Assembly (NCBI GenBank): GCA_964559765.1
Contig: CAZLHU010000001.1
Location: 148,164-212,163, forward strand
Direction of reading: 5' to 3'
From: an uncultured Candidatus Saccharibacteria bacterium
GTDB taxonomy: Bacteria > Patescibacteriota > Minisyncoccia > UBA6257 > Colwellbacteraceae
Length of the DNA: 64,000 nucleotides
Shown here in pieces: positions 38,899-48,566 of the stretch (position 1 is its first letter; the number at the start of each line of letters is the position of its first letter). A program made the position numbers and the translations under genes. The notes beneath the pieces are model-generated. The model ran no database searches, was not told the DNA's origin, and worked only from the letters and a program-made list of their open reading frames with translations.

Positions 38899-40141
38899 AA
38901 CCAAGCTCTCCGAGATATTGCTCGAGCGGGGGTATGTGTATCAGCATACGGGAGAGACTCTTGAGGGGGTCGTTGATAAGGTCCCGAGGACTTTCTATTG
39001 GGGAGTCGATCCAAGCGGGGACTCGATGCAGGTCGGGCAGCTTATGGGCATCCTTGTGCTGCGCCGTTTCGTGGACGCGGGTCACAAACTGATAATGCTC
39101 GTCGGAGGCGGAACTGGGATGATCGGCGATCCGAGCGGAAAAAGTGCCGAGCGCACCTTTCTTTCCGATGAGTTGGTCGCCAGCAACGCCAAGGCTCTGA
39201 GGACCCAACTGTCGCGGTTCCTCGGAGGGGTGGATTTTGAGATGGTCAATAACGCTAAATGGCTATACAAGGTCAATCTGATGGAATTCTTGCGTGACAT
39301 AGGTAAGAACTTCACGATTAACGAAATGATAAAGCGCGACAACATTCGCCCGCGCCTCGAGACTCCCGATGCGAGTATCTCCTATACAGAGTTTACCTAC
39401 TCGCTCCTGCAGGCGTATGACTTCCTGCATCTGCACAACGACAAAAAATGCGATTTACAGATCGGCGGATCGGACCAATGGGGAAATATAGTTTCCGGCG
39501 TGGACCTAATACGACGCAAGACAGGTGACGTCGCGCATGCGTTCACATGGCCGCTTTTGATAGACAAGAAGACAGGAAAAAAATTCGGAAAGAGCGAAGC
39601 GGGTACGGTGTGGCTGGACGAGAAGAAGACGTCCGCCTCGGACTTCTATCAATTTTGGTTCAATGCGGACGACTCTGCGGTTGGAGAGCTTCTGTTTAAG
39701 ATGACGCTTCTCCCAAAATCAGAGATAGAGGCCACGCTAGCGGAGCATATGAAGGATGTTAGCAAGCGGCACGCACAAAGAGTGCTTGCCCGCACAGTGA
39801 CCGAGTTTGTGCATGGTGCAGATGGCCTTCGGATTGCTGAAAACAATAAAAACACATTGTTTGTTAAGGCCGCTGATGAAATTAACGAGGACGACGTGGC
39901 GATGCTTGAGCGAAGCGGTTTGTCCTATAAGATTAGCGTCGGAACGTCGCTGGTAGACGCACTCATGACCTCTAAACTTGCTTCTTCAAAGCGCGAGGCT
40001 AGGCAGTTCCTTGCAGACGGCGCAATCGTCTTGAACGGCGAGAAGGTGATGGATCGAGTATTGTCCGCCGCCGATTTTAAGAACGGCAATGCGATCTTGA
40101 AGCGTGGCAAACGCAACGTCGTCGTTCTCATATTAAAGTAA
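38873..40141 (+). CDS. tyrS: Tyrosyl-tRNA synthetase with a C-terminal S4 domain
   Basis: '[18 protein letters not shown]' (HIGH region variant) and 'KFGKSEAG' (KMSKS). Confidence 0.9.
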   Translation: MKSSKNLNKTKLSEILLERGYVYQHTGETLEGVVDKVPRTFYWGVDPSGDSMQVGQLMGILVLRRFVDAGHKLIMLVGGGTGMIGDPSGKSAERTFLSDELVASNAKALRTQLSRFLGGVDFEMVNNAKWLYKVNLMEFLRDIGKNFTINEMIKRDNIRPRLETPDASISYTEFTYSLLQAYDFLHLHNDKKCDLQIGGSDQWGNIVSGVDLIRRKTGDVAHAFTWPLLIDKKTGKKFGKSEAGTVWLDEKKTSASDFYQFWFNADDSAVGELLFKMTLLPKSEIEATLAEHMKDVSKRHAQRVLARTVTEFVHGADGLRIAENNKNTLFVKAADEINEDDVAMLERSGLSYKISVGTSLVDALMTSKLASSKREARQFLADGAIVLNGEKVMDRVLSAADFKNGNAILKRGKRNVVVLILK

Positions 40142-40168
40142 AAAAGAGCCCCTATTGGGGCTCTTTTT
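40141..40168. terminator. Bidirectional terminator hairpin
   Basis: AAAAAGAGCCCC-tatt-GGGGCTCTTTTT. Confidence 0.75.
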
Positions 40169-40316
40169 AGTCTGTCTTGCAGTATTTTATTCTGTGCGAT
40201 GTATTAAGGTTATGGGCCCAGAATAAAGATAAACAAAAAATATAAAACAAAATAAACCACTTTAGAGACGCCGATGAGGCGTCTCTTCTACCTTAAATTA
40301 TCCGGGTTCTTCTAGT

Positions 40317-41177
40317 CTATCTAATAAAGCGCGCATAGATACCCTCAGACACATATCTATCCGAATCGGTTTCTCTAATGCGCAATTCCCCAAACTCGCC
40401 GGTGGTTTCGCCGAAATAACTGTCGGTGAGTTGTTTAAGCGATAGGGGCGTATATCCTGCCGCATATCCATTTAATAAGAAGAAAGACCCGGGCTTGTTT
40501 GAAAATATAGCCTTAAGATCATTCAATAGCTCCGGCAGGTCGTCCTCGATTTTCCATACTTCGCCCTTTGGCCCGCGACCGAACGCCGGCGGGTCCAATA
40601 ATATCCCATCATACAACGAACCTCGGCGGACCTCGCGTTTTACGAATTTGATTGCGTCGTCGAGGATATACCTGATTCCGTCTTGAGGGGAGCCTGACAT
40701 AACGGCGTTCTCTTTGGCCCAAGAATTGCTCTGCTTCGACGCATCTAGGTGTGTGACTTTGGCTCCGGCCTTGGCGGCTACGATGCTCGCTATGCCGGTG
40801 TATCCGAATAGATTGAGCACATTAGGTTTTGTATCGGGATTTATACGCTCGTGCAACCACTCCCAATTTGGAGCTTGTTCTGGAAATACGCCGGTGTGCT
40901 TAAATGAAGTCAGTCTCAAGGCGAAGCGGACACCCTTCCAATTTATATCCCATTTATCGGGAAGATCTTTGTTCTTGTGCCACGAACCCTTGCCTTCGGA
41001 CCAACTGAACTCCGCTGTGACTTTGTTCCACATCTCCGGATGTTTCGGCTTCCATATCGCCTGGGTATCTGGTCGGGCTACGATTACGGATCCATATCTC
41101 TCTAGTTTACGGTTATTGCCTGAGTCCAATAACTCGTAATCTTTCCAAGAATCGGCTGTAAGATTGACGTTTTCCAT
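40317..41177 (-). CDS. Class I SAM-dependent rRNA methyltransferase, RlmI/YccW-like
   Basis: 'LNLFGYTGIASIVAA' (motif I) and 'ILLDPPAFG'. Confidence 0.65.
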   Translation of the reverse strand: MENVNLTADSWKDYELLDSGNNRKLERYGSVIVARPDTQAIWKPKHPEMWNKVTAEFSWSEGKGSWHKNKDLPDKWDINWKGVRFALRLTSFKHTGVFPEQAPNWEWLHERINPDTKPNVLNLFGYTGIASIVAAKAGAKVTHLDASKQSNSWAKENAVMSGSPQDGIRYILDDAIKFVKREVRRGSLYDGILLDPPAFGRGPKGEVWKIEDDLPELLNDLKAIFSNKPGSFFLLNGYAAGYTPLSLKQLTDSYFGETTGEFGELRIRETDSDRYVSEGIYARFIR

Positions 41178-41186
41178 TAAGATAAA

Positions 41187-41954
41187 TTAGCCCTTTTTCT
41201 CTTTAAGTGCGTTAGCATGACCTACGCTCCATTGATACAGAACAACTGCGGTCGAAGCGGCGGCGTTCAATGACTCGCATCTTGGGTTCATTGGTATGCG
41301 CAGAGATACGTCGCATAATTCCAACGTCTTCTCTCTTATGCCGCTGCCTTCATTTCCCACCACAAACAGAGCCGGAGAATCAAAGATCTCTTTTGATAGG
41401 CTTCGCGATCCCTCCATGGCTAGGCCGTATATTTTAAACCCCATCTCTTTAAGATGGCTTATGGTGTAATTAACATTGCCTATTGCGATTAGGGGTATCC
41501 GGAAAGCCATGCCCGCCGATGTTTTTACGACTGCGCCGGTTATCGGTGCCTGATTGTGCGAAGGTATTAATACTCCGGATATTCCAAAGGCCGCAGCGGA
41601 ACGTATTATCGCGCCTACATTATGCGGGTCGGTCAGTTCGTCTAGGATAACAAGTGCGGTATCTTTGTCTGGTTTAAGTTCGGACGCAAAACTGGCGAAG
41701 TCGACGAGCATATTGTACGAGTCGACTACCGCGATCACCCCTTGATGGGATATGTCTTGCCCCACCATACGTGAAGCCTCCTTGGTTTTAATGACCGCTA
41801 CTGGGATTTGCAGCCTTTTTAAGGAATCCCTGAGATCCTTATCCTCGATTTCGGGGGACAGGAAAACTTTCCTGATCACGTCGGGCTTATTCCTTATCGC
41901 TTCATTGAGGGCGTGCTTGCCGTATATATATGTTTTTTCGTGTTCTCGTCTCAT
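41187..41954 (-). CDS. rlmB: SpoU/TrmH-family RNA 2'-O-methyltransferase, RlmB-like
   Basis: N-terminal substrate-binding domain plus SPOUT motifs 'LDELTDPHNVGAIIRSA' and 'FVVGNEGSGI'. Confidence 0.8.
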   Translation of the reverse strand: MRREHEKTYIYGKHALNEAIRNKPDVIRKVFLSPEIEDKDLRDSLKRLQIPVAVIKTKEASRMVGQDISHQGVIAVVDSYNMLVDFASFASELKPDKDTALVILDELTDPHNVGAIIRSAAAFGISGVLIPSHNQAPITGAVVKTSAGMAFRIPLIAIGNVNYTISHLKEMGFKIYGLAMEGSRSLSKEIFDSPALFVVGNEGSGIREKTLELCDVSLRIPMNPRCESLNAAASTAVVLYQWSVGHANALKEKKG

Positions 41955-42093
41955 ATCTCGGATAATTCTATATCACAACGATACCCTTTATCCTAGGCTC
42001 AAGACAACTATTTAGGCACAAAGCCGAGTTGTTTATATAAATAAGCCTTCCACCATTTTCATGCCCTTAAATCTGGTATAATTAACTTGCATA

Positions 42094-43467
42094 ATGTTGA
42101 GCAAACCAAATAAGAGGCTTTTGTATTTGAATGTATTCTTGTTCGCTGGTTTTGCTTTGTTATTGAGCGCTTCAGCTTTTGGTGGTCCCAATGGATCACC
42201 CCCTTCAAGCGCTGGTGTAGGTATATTGCCGGTATCCTACGGCGGAACCGGTGCTACAACCACAGCTTCGGCCCGAGCTGCTTTAGGTGTAGCAGCCTCA
42301 GGAGCGAACTCAGATATAACTTCTTTATCCGCTCTAACAACTCCATTGCCTGCAAGCGAAGGCGGCACCGGAATATCTGCGATAGGAAGTTCGGGAAACG
42401 TTCTTACATCAAACGGCACGACCTGGACCATCTCTGGATTGTCCAGTAGCGGCCACGTCGTGACTTCGGGCGGAGCCCCTACAGCCTCGGGCTATAACGG
42501 TACGGCTAATTTCGGTTATGCCGGCGCTGTACAGTCTTGGACGGTCCCCAGTGGCGTTAGTTCGATAACAATCACGGCCTATGGGGGCCAAGGAGGAGGT
42601 GGTGGTGCCGGCGGTGAAGCCGTGGCGACGCTCCCCGTCACTGTCGGTTCAACGTACTATATCAGCGTCGGTCAGGCTGGAGTCGGCCCAATCAGCGGCG
42701 GAGGTTCATCGTCTGGGGGAGGTGGTGGTGGAATGACGTGGTTTAGTAACCAAAATAGTTTTTCTCAAGGGGCGGTCATGTTAGTTGCGGGTGGCGGCGG
42801 AGGCTCCGCTGGTAACTGGTCCACAAACAGTGGTCCTTCTGAGCCAGGAGGCGCGGGGGGTTATGGCGGCGGAGGCACCGGAGGAGGTAGTAATGGTTCG
42901 CAAGACGGAGGCGGCGGAGGTGGGGGCGGTTATTGGGGAGGAAACGCTTGCACAGCAGGTACGCAAACCTCTGGTTACGCTGCTGGACAGGGTGTGACCG
43001 GTGGTTATGACTCGGGGGGAATTCAACCCGCCGGCGGAGGAGGCGGAGGAGGCGGAGGAGGTTCATCAGGCAGCGCTGGAACTCAGCAATATTGGGGCGG
43101 TTCTTATGGGGCGTGTGGAGGAGGCGGCGGTTCGGGTTATATATCGTCGAGCGCAGGCTTCACAAGTAGTAGCATGTACAACAACGTAAATGGAGGAAAC
43201 GGGAGCTTGGTTATAACTTACAGCCAATCGAGTCCATGGACCATAGCCGGCACCGATACGGATGGAATCGTTACTGTTAGTCCGGGCTCGATAACCGCGG
43301 TAGCCCTTAATTTTGCACAGCCATTTACCAACCCCCCTTCTTGTTCAGCGGTATCCTACAATGGTAGTTCGGTCTACGTATCTTCTGTGACCACGAACGT
43401 GGTGACATTTGGTTTTTCTTCTTCTATCGGCGGGTCGCAATTCAACTATATATGTCTCGGGCATTAG
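42094..43467 (+). CDS. Secreted/anchored glycine-rich protein, paralog A: tail-fibre-like GGTGATT repeats, a Gly_rich-type domain and a conserved C-terminal Cys module
   Basis: 'LPVSYGGTGATTTASARAALG', 'SEGGTGISAIGSSGNVLTSNGTTW', 'SWTVPSGVSSITITAYGGQGGGGG', and C-terminal '...PPSCSAV...NYICLGH'. Confidence 0.6.
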   Translation: MLSKPNKRLLYLNVFLFAGFALLLSASAFGGPNGSPPSSAGVGILPVSYGGTGATTTASARAALGVAASGANSDITSLSALTTPLPASEGGTGISAIGSSGNVLTSNGTTWTISGLSSSGHVVTSGGAPTASGYNGTANFGYAGAVQSWTVPSGVSSITITAYGGQGGGGGAGGEAVATLPVTVGSTYYISVGQAGVGPISGGGSSSGGGGGGMTWFSNQNSFSQGAVMLVAGGGGGSAGNWSTNSGPSEPGGAGGYGGGGTGGGSNGSQDGGGGGGGGYWGGNACTAGTQTSGYAAGQGVTGGYDSGGIQPAGGGGGGGGGGSSGSAGTQQYWGGSYGACGGGGGSGYISSSAGFTSSSMYNNVNGGNGSLVITYSQSSPWTIAGTDTDGIVTVSPGSITAVALNFAQPFTNPPSCSAVSYNGSSVYVSSVTTNVVTFGFSSSIGGSQFNYICLGH

Positions 43468-43478
43468 TTTTAAATAAC

Positions 43479-44798
43479 ATGTTGAACAGAATAAGCAAAA
43501 AATTTATATACGCAATTCCCATACTGATGGTTGTATTTGGCCTAACTATGATCGCATCAGCGTTCAGCGGGCCGGGCACTGTTCCCCCACCCACTGGTAC
43601 CGCAACTTCGTCCGCCGTGTTATCAGTATCTCAAGGCGGAACCGGCGCATCAACAATTGCCGGAGCCGCGTCTGCTATAGGCGGAGCCTTTTCCGGGCCA
43701 AACTCTAATATATCTTATTTAAGTGGGCTCACTACGGTCCTTCCGAGAATTGAAGGGGGTACTGGCGTAGCTTCCGTCGGCCCTTCGGGCAATATACTTA
43801 CCTCTAACGGCAGCGGTGTTTGGCTTAGCCAAACACCGTCTTTCGGGTCCAATGGGAGTATCACTACAAGTGGAAGCACTCCTACCGGCTCTCAAATAGT
43901 AAGTTCCACCTACACGTCGTCATACAGTTCTAATGGCAGCTTTACAGTTCCTGCGGGCGTGGGATCGATAACCATAACGGCCTACGGTGCGGCTGGTGGA
44001 ACCGCTTATAATGGCGGTGCCGGATACGGCGGGGAGGCGTGGGGAACGCTTGCAGTTACGTCTGGTTCAACTTATTACATCGGATTCAACGGAATGACTT
44101 GGATTTCTCTGAACTCTGTCTTCGACGGCAGCGCAATTTTGGTTGCGGGCGGCGGCGGATCCGCTGGTCCTTGGTCTTGCGGCGGCGGCGGAGGGGGAAG
44201 TAGCGGCGGCGGTGGTTGCCAGAGCCATTTCGGCTACCCTGGCGGCGGCGGTGGAACTCAAAGCGGCGGCGGATCCGGCGGAGGTAGCCCATGTCAGGGC
44301 TATGCCAACAGCGGTGGATTCGGTGCCGGTGGAGCGGGTCGTTGTGGTTATGGTAGTTGCGGCGGTAACGGTGGAAATGGTTGGTATGGAGGCGGAGGAG
44401 GAGGAATAGACTGTTCTGAATATTGGAGCGGCGGAGGAGGGGGTTCGAGTTACCTTTCTCCGTGGCTTAGCGGAGCTGGCACGTCTGGCGGCGTGAACTC
44501 CGGCGGCGGAGCATTGCAAATAAGCTATGTCCTACCAAATGGCGGCGGATCAAATCCACAATATGGTTCAGCGACCATAGTCGGCAACGATAATGACGGC
44601 ACGATAACCATGCCAAACATGACGGTTCCAAGTTTCACAATAACGTTTTCCCAAGCCTTCTCCAGAGCTCCGTCATGCGTAGCATCGGCCTCTAACGGCG
44701 CAACTGTTTCTATAGGTTCAGAGAGCACAACAGCGGTGACATTCACGTTTTCGTCCTCGGTCGGCAACGCCGCAGTCAATTATATGTGCCTGGATTAA
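43479..44798 (+). CDS. Glycine-rich protein, paralog B
   Basis: Same architecture: 'LSVSQGGTGASTIAGAASAIG', 'FTVPAGVGSITITAYGAAGG', '...APSCVAS...NYMCLD'. Start moved to MLNRISKKF by analogy with the paralogs. Confidence 0.6.
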   Translation: MLNRISKKFIYAIPILMVVFGLTMIASAFSGPGTVPPPTGTATSSAVLSVSQGGTGASTIAGAASAIGGAFSGPNSNISYLSGLTTVLPRIEGGTGVASVGPSGNILTSNGSGVWLSQTPSFGSNGSITTSGSTPTGSQIVSSTYTSSYSSNGSFTVPAGVGSITITAYGAAGGTAYNGGAGYGGEAWGTLAVTSGSTYYIGFNGMTWISLNSVFDGSAILVAGGGGSAGPWSCGGGGGGSSGGGGCQSHFGYPGGGGGTQSGGGSGGGSPCQGYANSGGFGAGGAGRCGYGSCGGNGGNGWYGGGGGGIDCSEYWSGGGGGSSYLSPWLSGAGTSGGVNSGGGALQISYVLPNGGGSNPQYGSATIVGNDNDGTITMPNMTVPSFTITFSQAFSRAPSCVASASNGATVSIGSESTTAVTFTFSSSVGNAAVNYMCLD

Positions 44799-44818
44799 AA
44801 TGAAAAATCTCATCAATA

Positions 44819-46246
44819 ATGAGTAGGTTGAATAAGAGTTTAATATATATTAATACGGTATTCGTAATCGGTATCGCTTGCACTTTAGCCGCGGTCGCAT
44901 TCAGCGGCCCACCAGCCGGGGTCCCTCCGGCAAATAACGCAACCTATGTTTTGCCGATATCTTTGGGTGGGACGGGGGCGACAACAGTCGCTGGCGTAAG
45001 GGGTAACTTGGGATTGGCTGCGTCCGGAGCCAATTCGGATATAATATCGCTTACTGGGCTGACCGCTCCATTATCCGTATCTGAAGGAGGCACGGGCCTG
45101 TCCTCGGTCGGCGCTTCGGGAAATGTCCTAACTTCCAATGGTACGTCGTGGGTAAGTTCGCCGCCACCAGCATTGGGCTCTAGTGGAAATATAGTTACTT
45201 CTGGTGGAACGCCTACCGCCCTTCAGGGCACTGCCCCGGGAAATTATGCATATTCATATACCGGTAGCCTGCAGTCATTTACTGTTCCGGCGGGGGTGAA
45301 TTCATTGACTATAACCGCCAATGGTTCTCAAGGGGGTAATAGTGGAGGATATGGCGCACAGGTGGTTGGAACCCTTTCAGTGAGTCCTGGCAGTACGTAT
45401 TATTTCAACATCGGCGGTACAAATGGATATAGTGGCGGCGGATCTGGCGGCGGCGGAGGATATAGCGGCAGTGGCGGCGCCGGGGGAGGTATGACATGGT
45501 TTTCTCCGGATAGCTCATACGACAGTAATGTTCTATTGGTCGCGGCTGGCGGCGGCGGAACCGCTGGGGCTAGCACTCCAGGTGGCTATACTGGCGGCGG
45601 CGGCAGCGCCGGAGGGACTTCTGGTTCGGGCGGCGGAGGGCCTGGGCCATATAATATTGACGGTTATGGCGGCGGTGGAGCCACTATGTCTAGCGGCGGT
45701 GGTGGAGGAGCTGCTGACAGTGACGGTCTAGGCGCCGGTGGCGGAACTGCTGGTAGTTTGTCCGCCGGTGGCGCAGGTGGTGGCGGTGGATTCAATAACT
45801 CGGGCGGCGGCGGAGGAGGCGGAGGAGGATATTATGGCGGCGGCGGAGGAGGAGGCGGCGGATCACAGGGTGGTGGCATAGATGGCGGCGGCGGTGGAGG
45901 CGGAGGAGGAGTCTCATATATATCGAGCAATAGCTCCCTTTCTAGCACAAGTGATACAGCCGGAGTTAACTCCGGTAATGGGAGCCTAACAATAGTTGTC
46001 AGCCAAACTTTGCCAATTACCGTCGTAGGTAATGACAGCGACGGAGTCGTGACCCTTCCTAATTTAAGCAGCGTCACTTATGCGACCTTAAGTTTCGCAA
46101 CCCCGTTCTCAAGGGTGCCTTCATGTGTCGGTTCAACCTTTAATGGAATAAGCGTATTCGAATCCTCCGTTAGTATGAGTTCGGTAACATTCGGTTTTTC
46201 GGGCAATATGGCCAATGCGTCATTCAACTACGTTTGTGTGGATTAG
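44819..46246 (+). CDS. Glycine-rich protein, paralog C
   Basis: 'LPISLGGTGATTVAGVRGNLG', 'SFTVPAGVNSLTITANGSQGG', '...VPSCVGS...NYVCVD'. Confidence 0.6.
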   Translation: MSRLNKSLIYINTVFVIGIACTLAAVAFSGPPAGVPPANNATYVLPISLGGTGATTVAGVRGNLGLAASGANSDIISLTGLTAPLSVSEGGTGLSSVGASGNVLTSNGTSWVSSPPPALGSSGNIVTSGGTPTALQGTAPGNYAYSYTGSLQSFTVPAGVNSLTITANGSQGGNSGGYGAQVVGTLSVSPGSTYYFNIGGTNGYSGGGSGGGGGYSGSGGAGGGMTWFSPDSSYDSNVLLVAAGGGGTAGASTPGGYTGGGGSAGGTSGSGGGGPGPYNIDGYGGGGATMSSGGGGGAADSDGLGAGGGTAGSLSAGGAGGGGGFNNSGGGGGGGGGYYGGGGGGGGGSQGGGIDGGGGGGGGGVSYISSNSSLSSTSDTAGVNSGNGSLTIVVSQTLPITVVGNDSDGVVTLPNLSSVTYATLSFATPFSRVPSCVGSTFNGISVFESSVSMSSVTFGFSGNMANASFNYVCVD

Positions 46247-46290
46247 AACGATTTGGCACAGCTTATTTATTCACTTACACAATTAAAGCA

Positions 46291-46313
46291 AAAACCCCAT
46301 TTTCTGGGGTTTT
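46291..46313. terminator. Bidirectional terminator hairpin
   Basis: AAAACCCC-attttct-GGGGTTTT. Confidence 0.7.
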
Positions 46314-46323
46314 GCGTTTTGAA

Positions 46324-46914
46324 TTATTTATTTTCTCGAGCTTCTTTAAGGATTTTAGCCCACCAAGTCAGCTGGTTAAGTAGATTATCTGCACCGACTT
46401 TTTGTGCGTCCATGGCTCCTGGTTTTATGACCCCATCTGCATCGACAAGATTCCAAGAGAATGGGATGTGTATGCCGTTTCTTATCGGTACCATCTGAAG
46501 CTCGATAACGACCTGTCTTAACTGTTGCACTGCCCTGGTTCCAGCGGATACACCGCCCCAACTTATAAAAGCGACGGGTTTATTGTTCCATTCCGAATAG
46601 ACATAGTCTAGTGCGTTCTTCAGAACTGCTGGATAGCCGTGGTTGTATTCCGGCGTGGCTATTATATACGCATCGGCTTCGCCTATTTTCTGGGCCCACT
46701 TCGCAGCGAGCTCGTTGGAATATTTGCCTTTCGACATGGCTGGAGACACGGGTTCGTCGAAGAACGGCAATGGGTAGTCGCGAAGATCCAACAGCTCCAC
46801 TTCCAACCCCTCCTTCTCTTTGGCTATCTCGTACATCCAATTTGCGAATTTGTCGCCGAATCTGCCCTGTCGGGTGCTCCCTAATATTATTTGTACTTTT
46901 ATCTTGTTATCCAT
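46324..46914 (-). CDS. NADPH-dependent FMN reductase (flavodoxin-like fold)
   Basis: 'KVQIILGSTRQGRFGDK...YIIATPEYNHGYPAVLKNALD'. Confidence 0.8.
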   Translation of the reverse strand: MDNKIKVQIILGSTRQGRFGDKFANWMYEIAKEKEGLEVELLDLRDYPLPFFDEPVSPAMSKGKYSNELAAKWAQKIGEADAYIIATPEYNHGYPAVLKNALDYVYSEWNNKPVAFISWGGVSAGTRAVQQLRQVVIELQMVPIRNGIHIPFSWNLVDADGVIKPGAMDAQKVGADNLLNQLTWWAKILKEARENK

Positions 46915-47213
46915 TATTTCCTCTTTTTATTTTTACACTTATCCATGTCGTTGATCATACTTCTCAATAGATTTAAGGCGTGTTCGGTGTTAACTGTGTA
47001 GAAAACCTCTTGACCGCTACGCTCGTCCATGACGATCTTATAGGACTTAAGCGTTTTTAGGTGCTGTGACACCGCCGGCTGGGAGAGCTTAACTATTTTG
47101 ACCAATTCGCCTACGGTTTTACGTCCTTTCAAAAGAGACTCAATAATTCTATAACGGGCTTTGTTGCTCAGCGCCTTGCCGAAATTGTTTATTTCCAAGC
47201 ATAAATCTGACAT
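46914..47213 (-). CDS. ArsR/SmtB-family transcriptional regulator
   Basis: Winged HTH 'TVGELVKIVKLSQPAVSQHLKTLK'; stop/start overlaps the reductase, suggesting an operon. Confidence 0.85.
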   Translation of the reverse strand: MSDLCLEINNFGKALSNKARYRIIESLLKGRKTVGELVKIVKLSQPAVSQHLKTLKSYKIVMDERSGQEVFYTVNTEHALNLLRSMINDMDKCKNKKRK

Positions 47214-47620
47214 GCGTAGATATATTAGTATTTACTTATATGTTAGTCAATGTGCATATCTGTGGAAATCAGGGAATAAAAAACGGCAAGGTTTGACCCT
47301 GTGCCGTCCGAGCTGACAAGTGGAGAAGCCGAAACTGCTCCATAGTTTGCTCTATCCGGGCTAAGTAGCGCGTGCCCATAGAAGTAAATGGCGGGCGACA
47401 ATCATCTGCCTTAGACTGGATTAGTGATGTTTTTAAGGATCTGAGAAAAGATTCTATATGAGAGAGGGCGTATTCCCGTCTCTGCTACCAGACCATCACC
47501 TGATCGATAGTGACTAAAGTAAACCATAAAACTCCATATTTGTCAATAGGGTTTGTGCCGGATAATGAAAAAGTCCCTAGTTTAGAGGGTTATTCGACGC
47601 ATATGGGCCAAGAATGGCGA

Positions 47621-48478
47621 CTATCTATCAGTGATAAGCGCCAATAGAACGATTGATATAATAACCAAGGAGAAGCCTATCCATTGATGGCGTCCGAGCC
47701 TTTCTTTATTAAATGCTAGTCCAAGGGTCCCCGCGAATGCTATATAACCCTCACTGATTCCGGTTGCGATGGCTATGGGGATGAATAGCATTGCGTAGGA
47801 GAACGCCACCCAAGCAAGGTTGTCGAAGAAACTTACGCCCAGGATTAACAGCTTCTCTCCTTTGAGGCTGTCGCTAATATCCTTCATCTGTGAGGTGGAT
47901 GTTAGATACACAAGGGCAACGATTGCGATAAAAACACTGGTGAACCAATTTATCATGAATGGACTCGTTTCCCTAGCCCCCACCCCGAATAAAAAATTGA
48001 CTACTCCGATTCCGACTGTTGCGAAAAGCGCTTGCCACACCCCCCTCTCCGCACGGATCTTCTTAAGTGAGTTGAATGATGTTGTAGAAATGAGAAAGAT
48101 ACCGACCATAAGGATGGCTATGAGAATAATCTGCAACACACTTAGTTGTTCATGGATTACATATGCTGCCAGAACAGCCGCTATGGGAATTTCCAAGGCG
48201 TACATGGGTTCTATAACGGAGATCTTACCAATCCTCAACGCCTCAAAATCAAGCAGGCCCGCGAATAAAATAACAACGCTGGCTATCAGCAACAGTGCCC
48301 CGTGGGCGCTCAATGAGGAGGCGATATCTTTATATACGAAGGGGAATAAGACAATTGATCCGAATGCTGTGATGTAAAAAAGGGCGACCCAATCCCCAAA
48401 TCTCCGAGTACTTTTCTGGATCAAAAAATCTCCCAATCCCCATGAGAATAATGCGACTAATGCAAGAAGGATGCCCAT
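47621..48478 (-). CDS. EamA/DMT-family transporter (10 TM)
   Basis: Duplicated EamA domains. Confidence 0.8.
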   Translation of the reverse strand: MGILLALVALFSWGLGDFLIQKSTRRFGDWVALFYITAFGSIVLFPFVYKDIASSLSAHGALLLIASVVILFAGLLDFEALRIGKISVIEPMYALEIPIAAVLAAYVIHEQLSVLQIILIAILMVGIFLISTTSFNSLKKIRAERGVWQALFATVGIGVVNFLFGVGARETSPFMINWFTSVFIAIVALVYLTSTSQMKDISDSLKGEKLLILGVSFFDNLAWVAFSYAMLFIPIAIATGISEGYIAFAGTLGLAFNKERLGRHQWIGFSLVIISIVLLALITDR

Positions 48479-48495
48479 TGTATAGATTCTCGCTG

Positions 48496-48566
48496 CGGGG
48501 GTACCAGGATTCGAACCTGGGTCAGACGTTTTGGAGACGTCCGTCCTACCACTGAACGATACCCCC
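48496..48566 (-). tRNA. tRNA-Trp (anticodon CCA)
   Basis: Manual fold: acceptor GGGGGTA/TACCCCC, anticodon arm GACGT-CTCCAAA-ACGTC, T-arm CCAGG-TTCGAAT-CCTGG. Confidence 0.85.

Noticed and set aside
42237-46077. Multiple minus-strand and out-of-frame ORFs and GGC/GGA tandem-repeat-like tracts that could be read as CRISPR or VNTR arrays
   Set aside because: The repeats are irregular in length and spacing and sit in frame as poly-Gly runs of three paralogous proteins. There are no constant-length direct repeats, spacers or cas genes. The overlapping ORFs are artefacts of high GC and low complexity.
42094-46246. Diversity-generating retroelement targeting the Gly-rich paralogs
   Set aside because: There is no reverse-transcriptase ORF or template-repeat copy of the variable region anywhere in the window. 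The variability looks like paralog divergence and Gly-tract slippage.
47280-47620. Possible RNase P RNA (rnpB) upstream of arsR
   Set aside because: There are only short P4-like matches (GCUCCAUAG; UAAGUAGCGCGUGCC). The spacing between them of about 40 nt is incompatible with type A or B RNase P RNA, and no P4 3'-strand ACAGNRNCCGGCUUA is clearly present. It is left as an unassigned non-coding gap.
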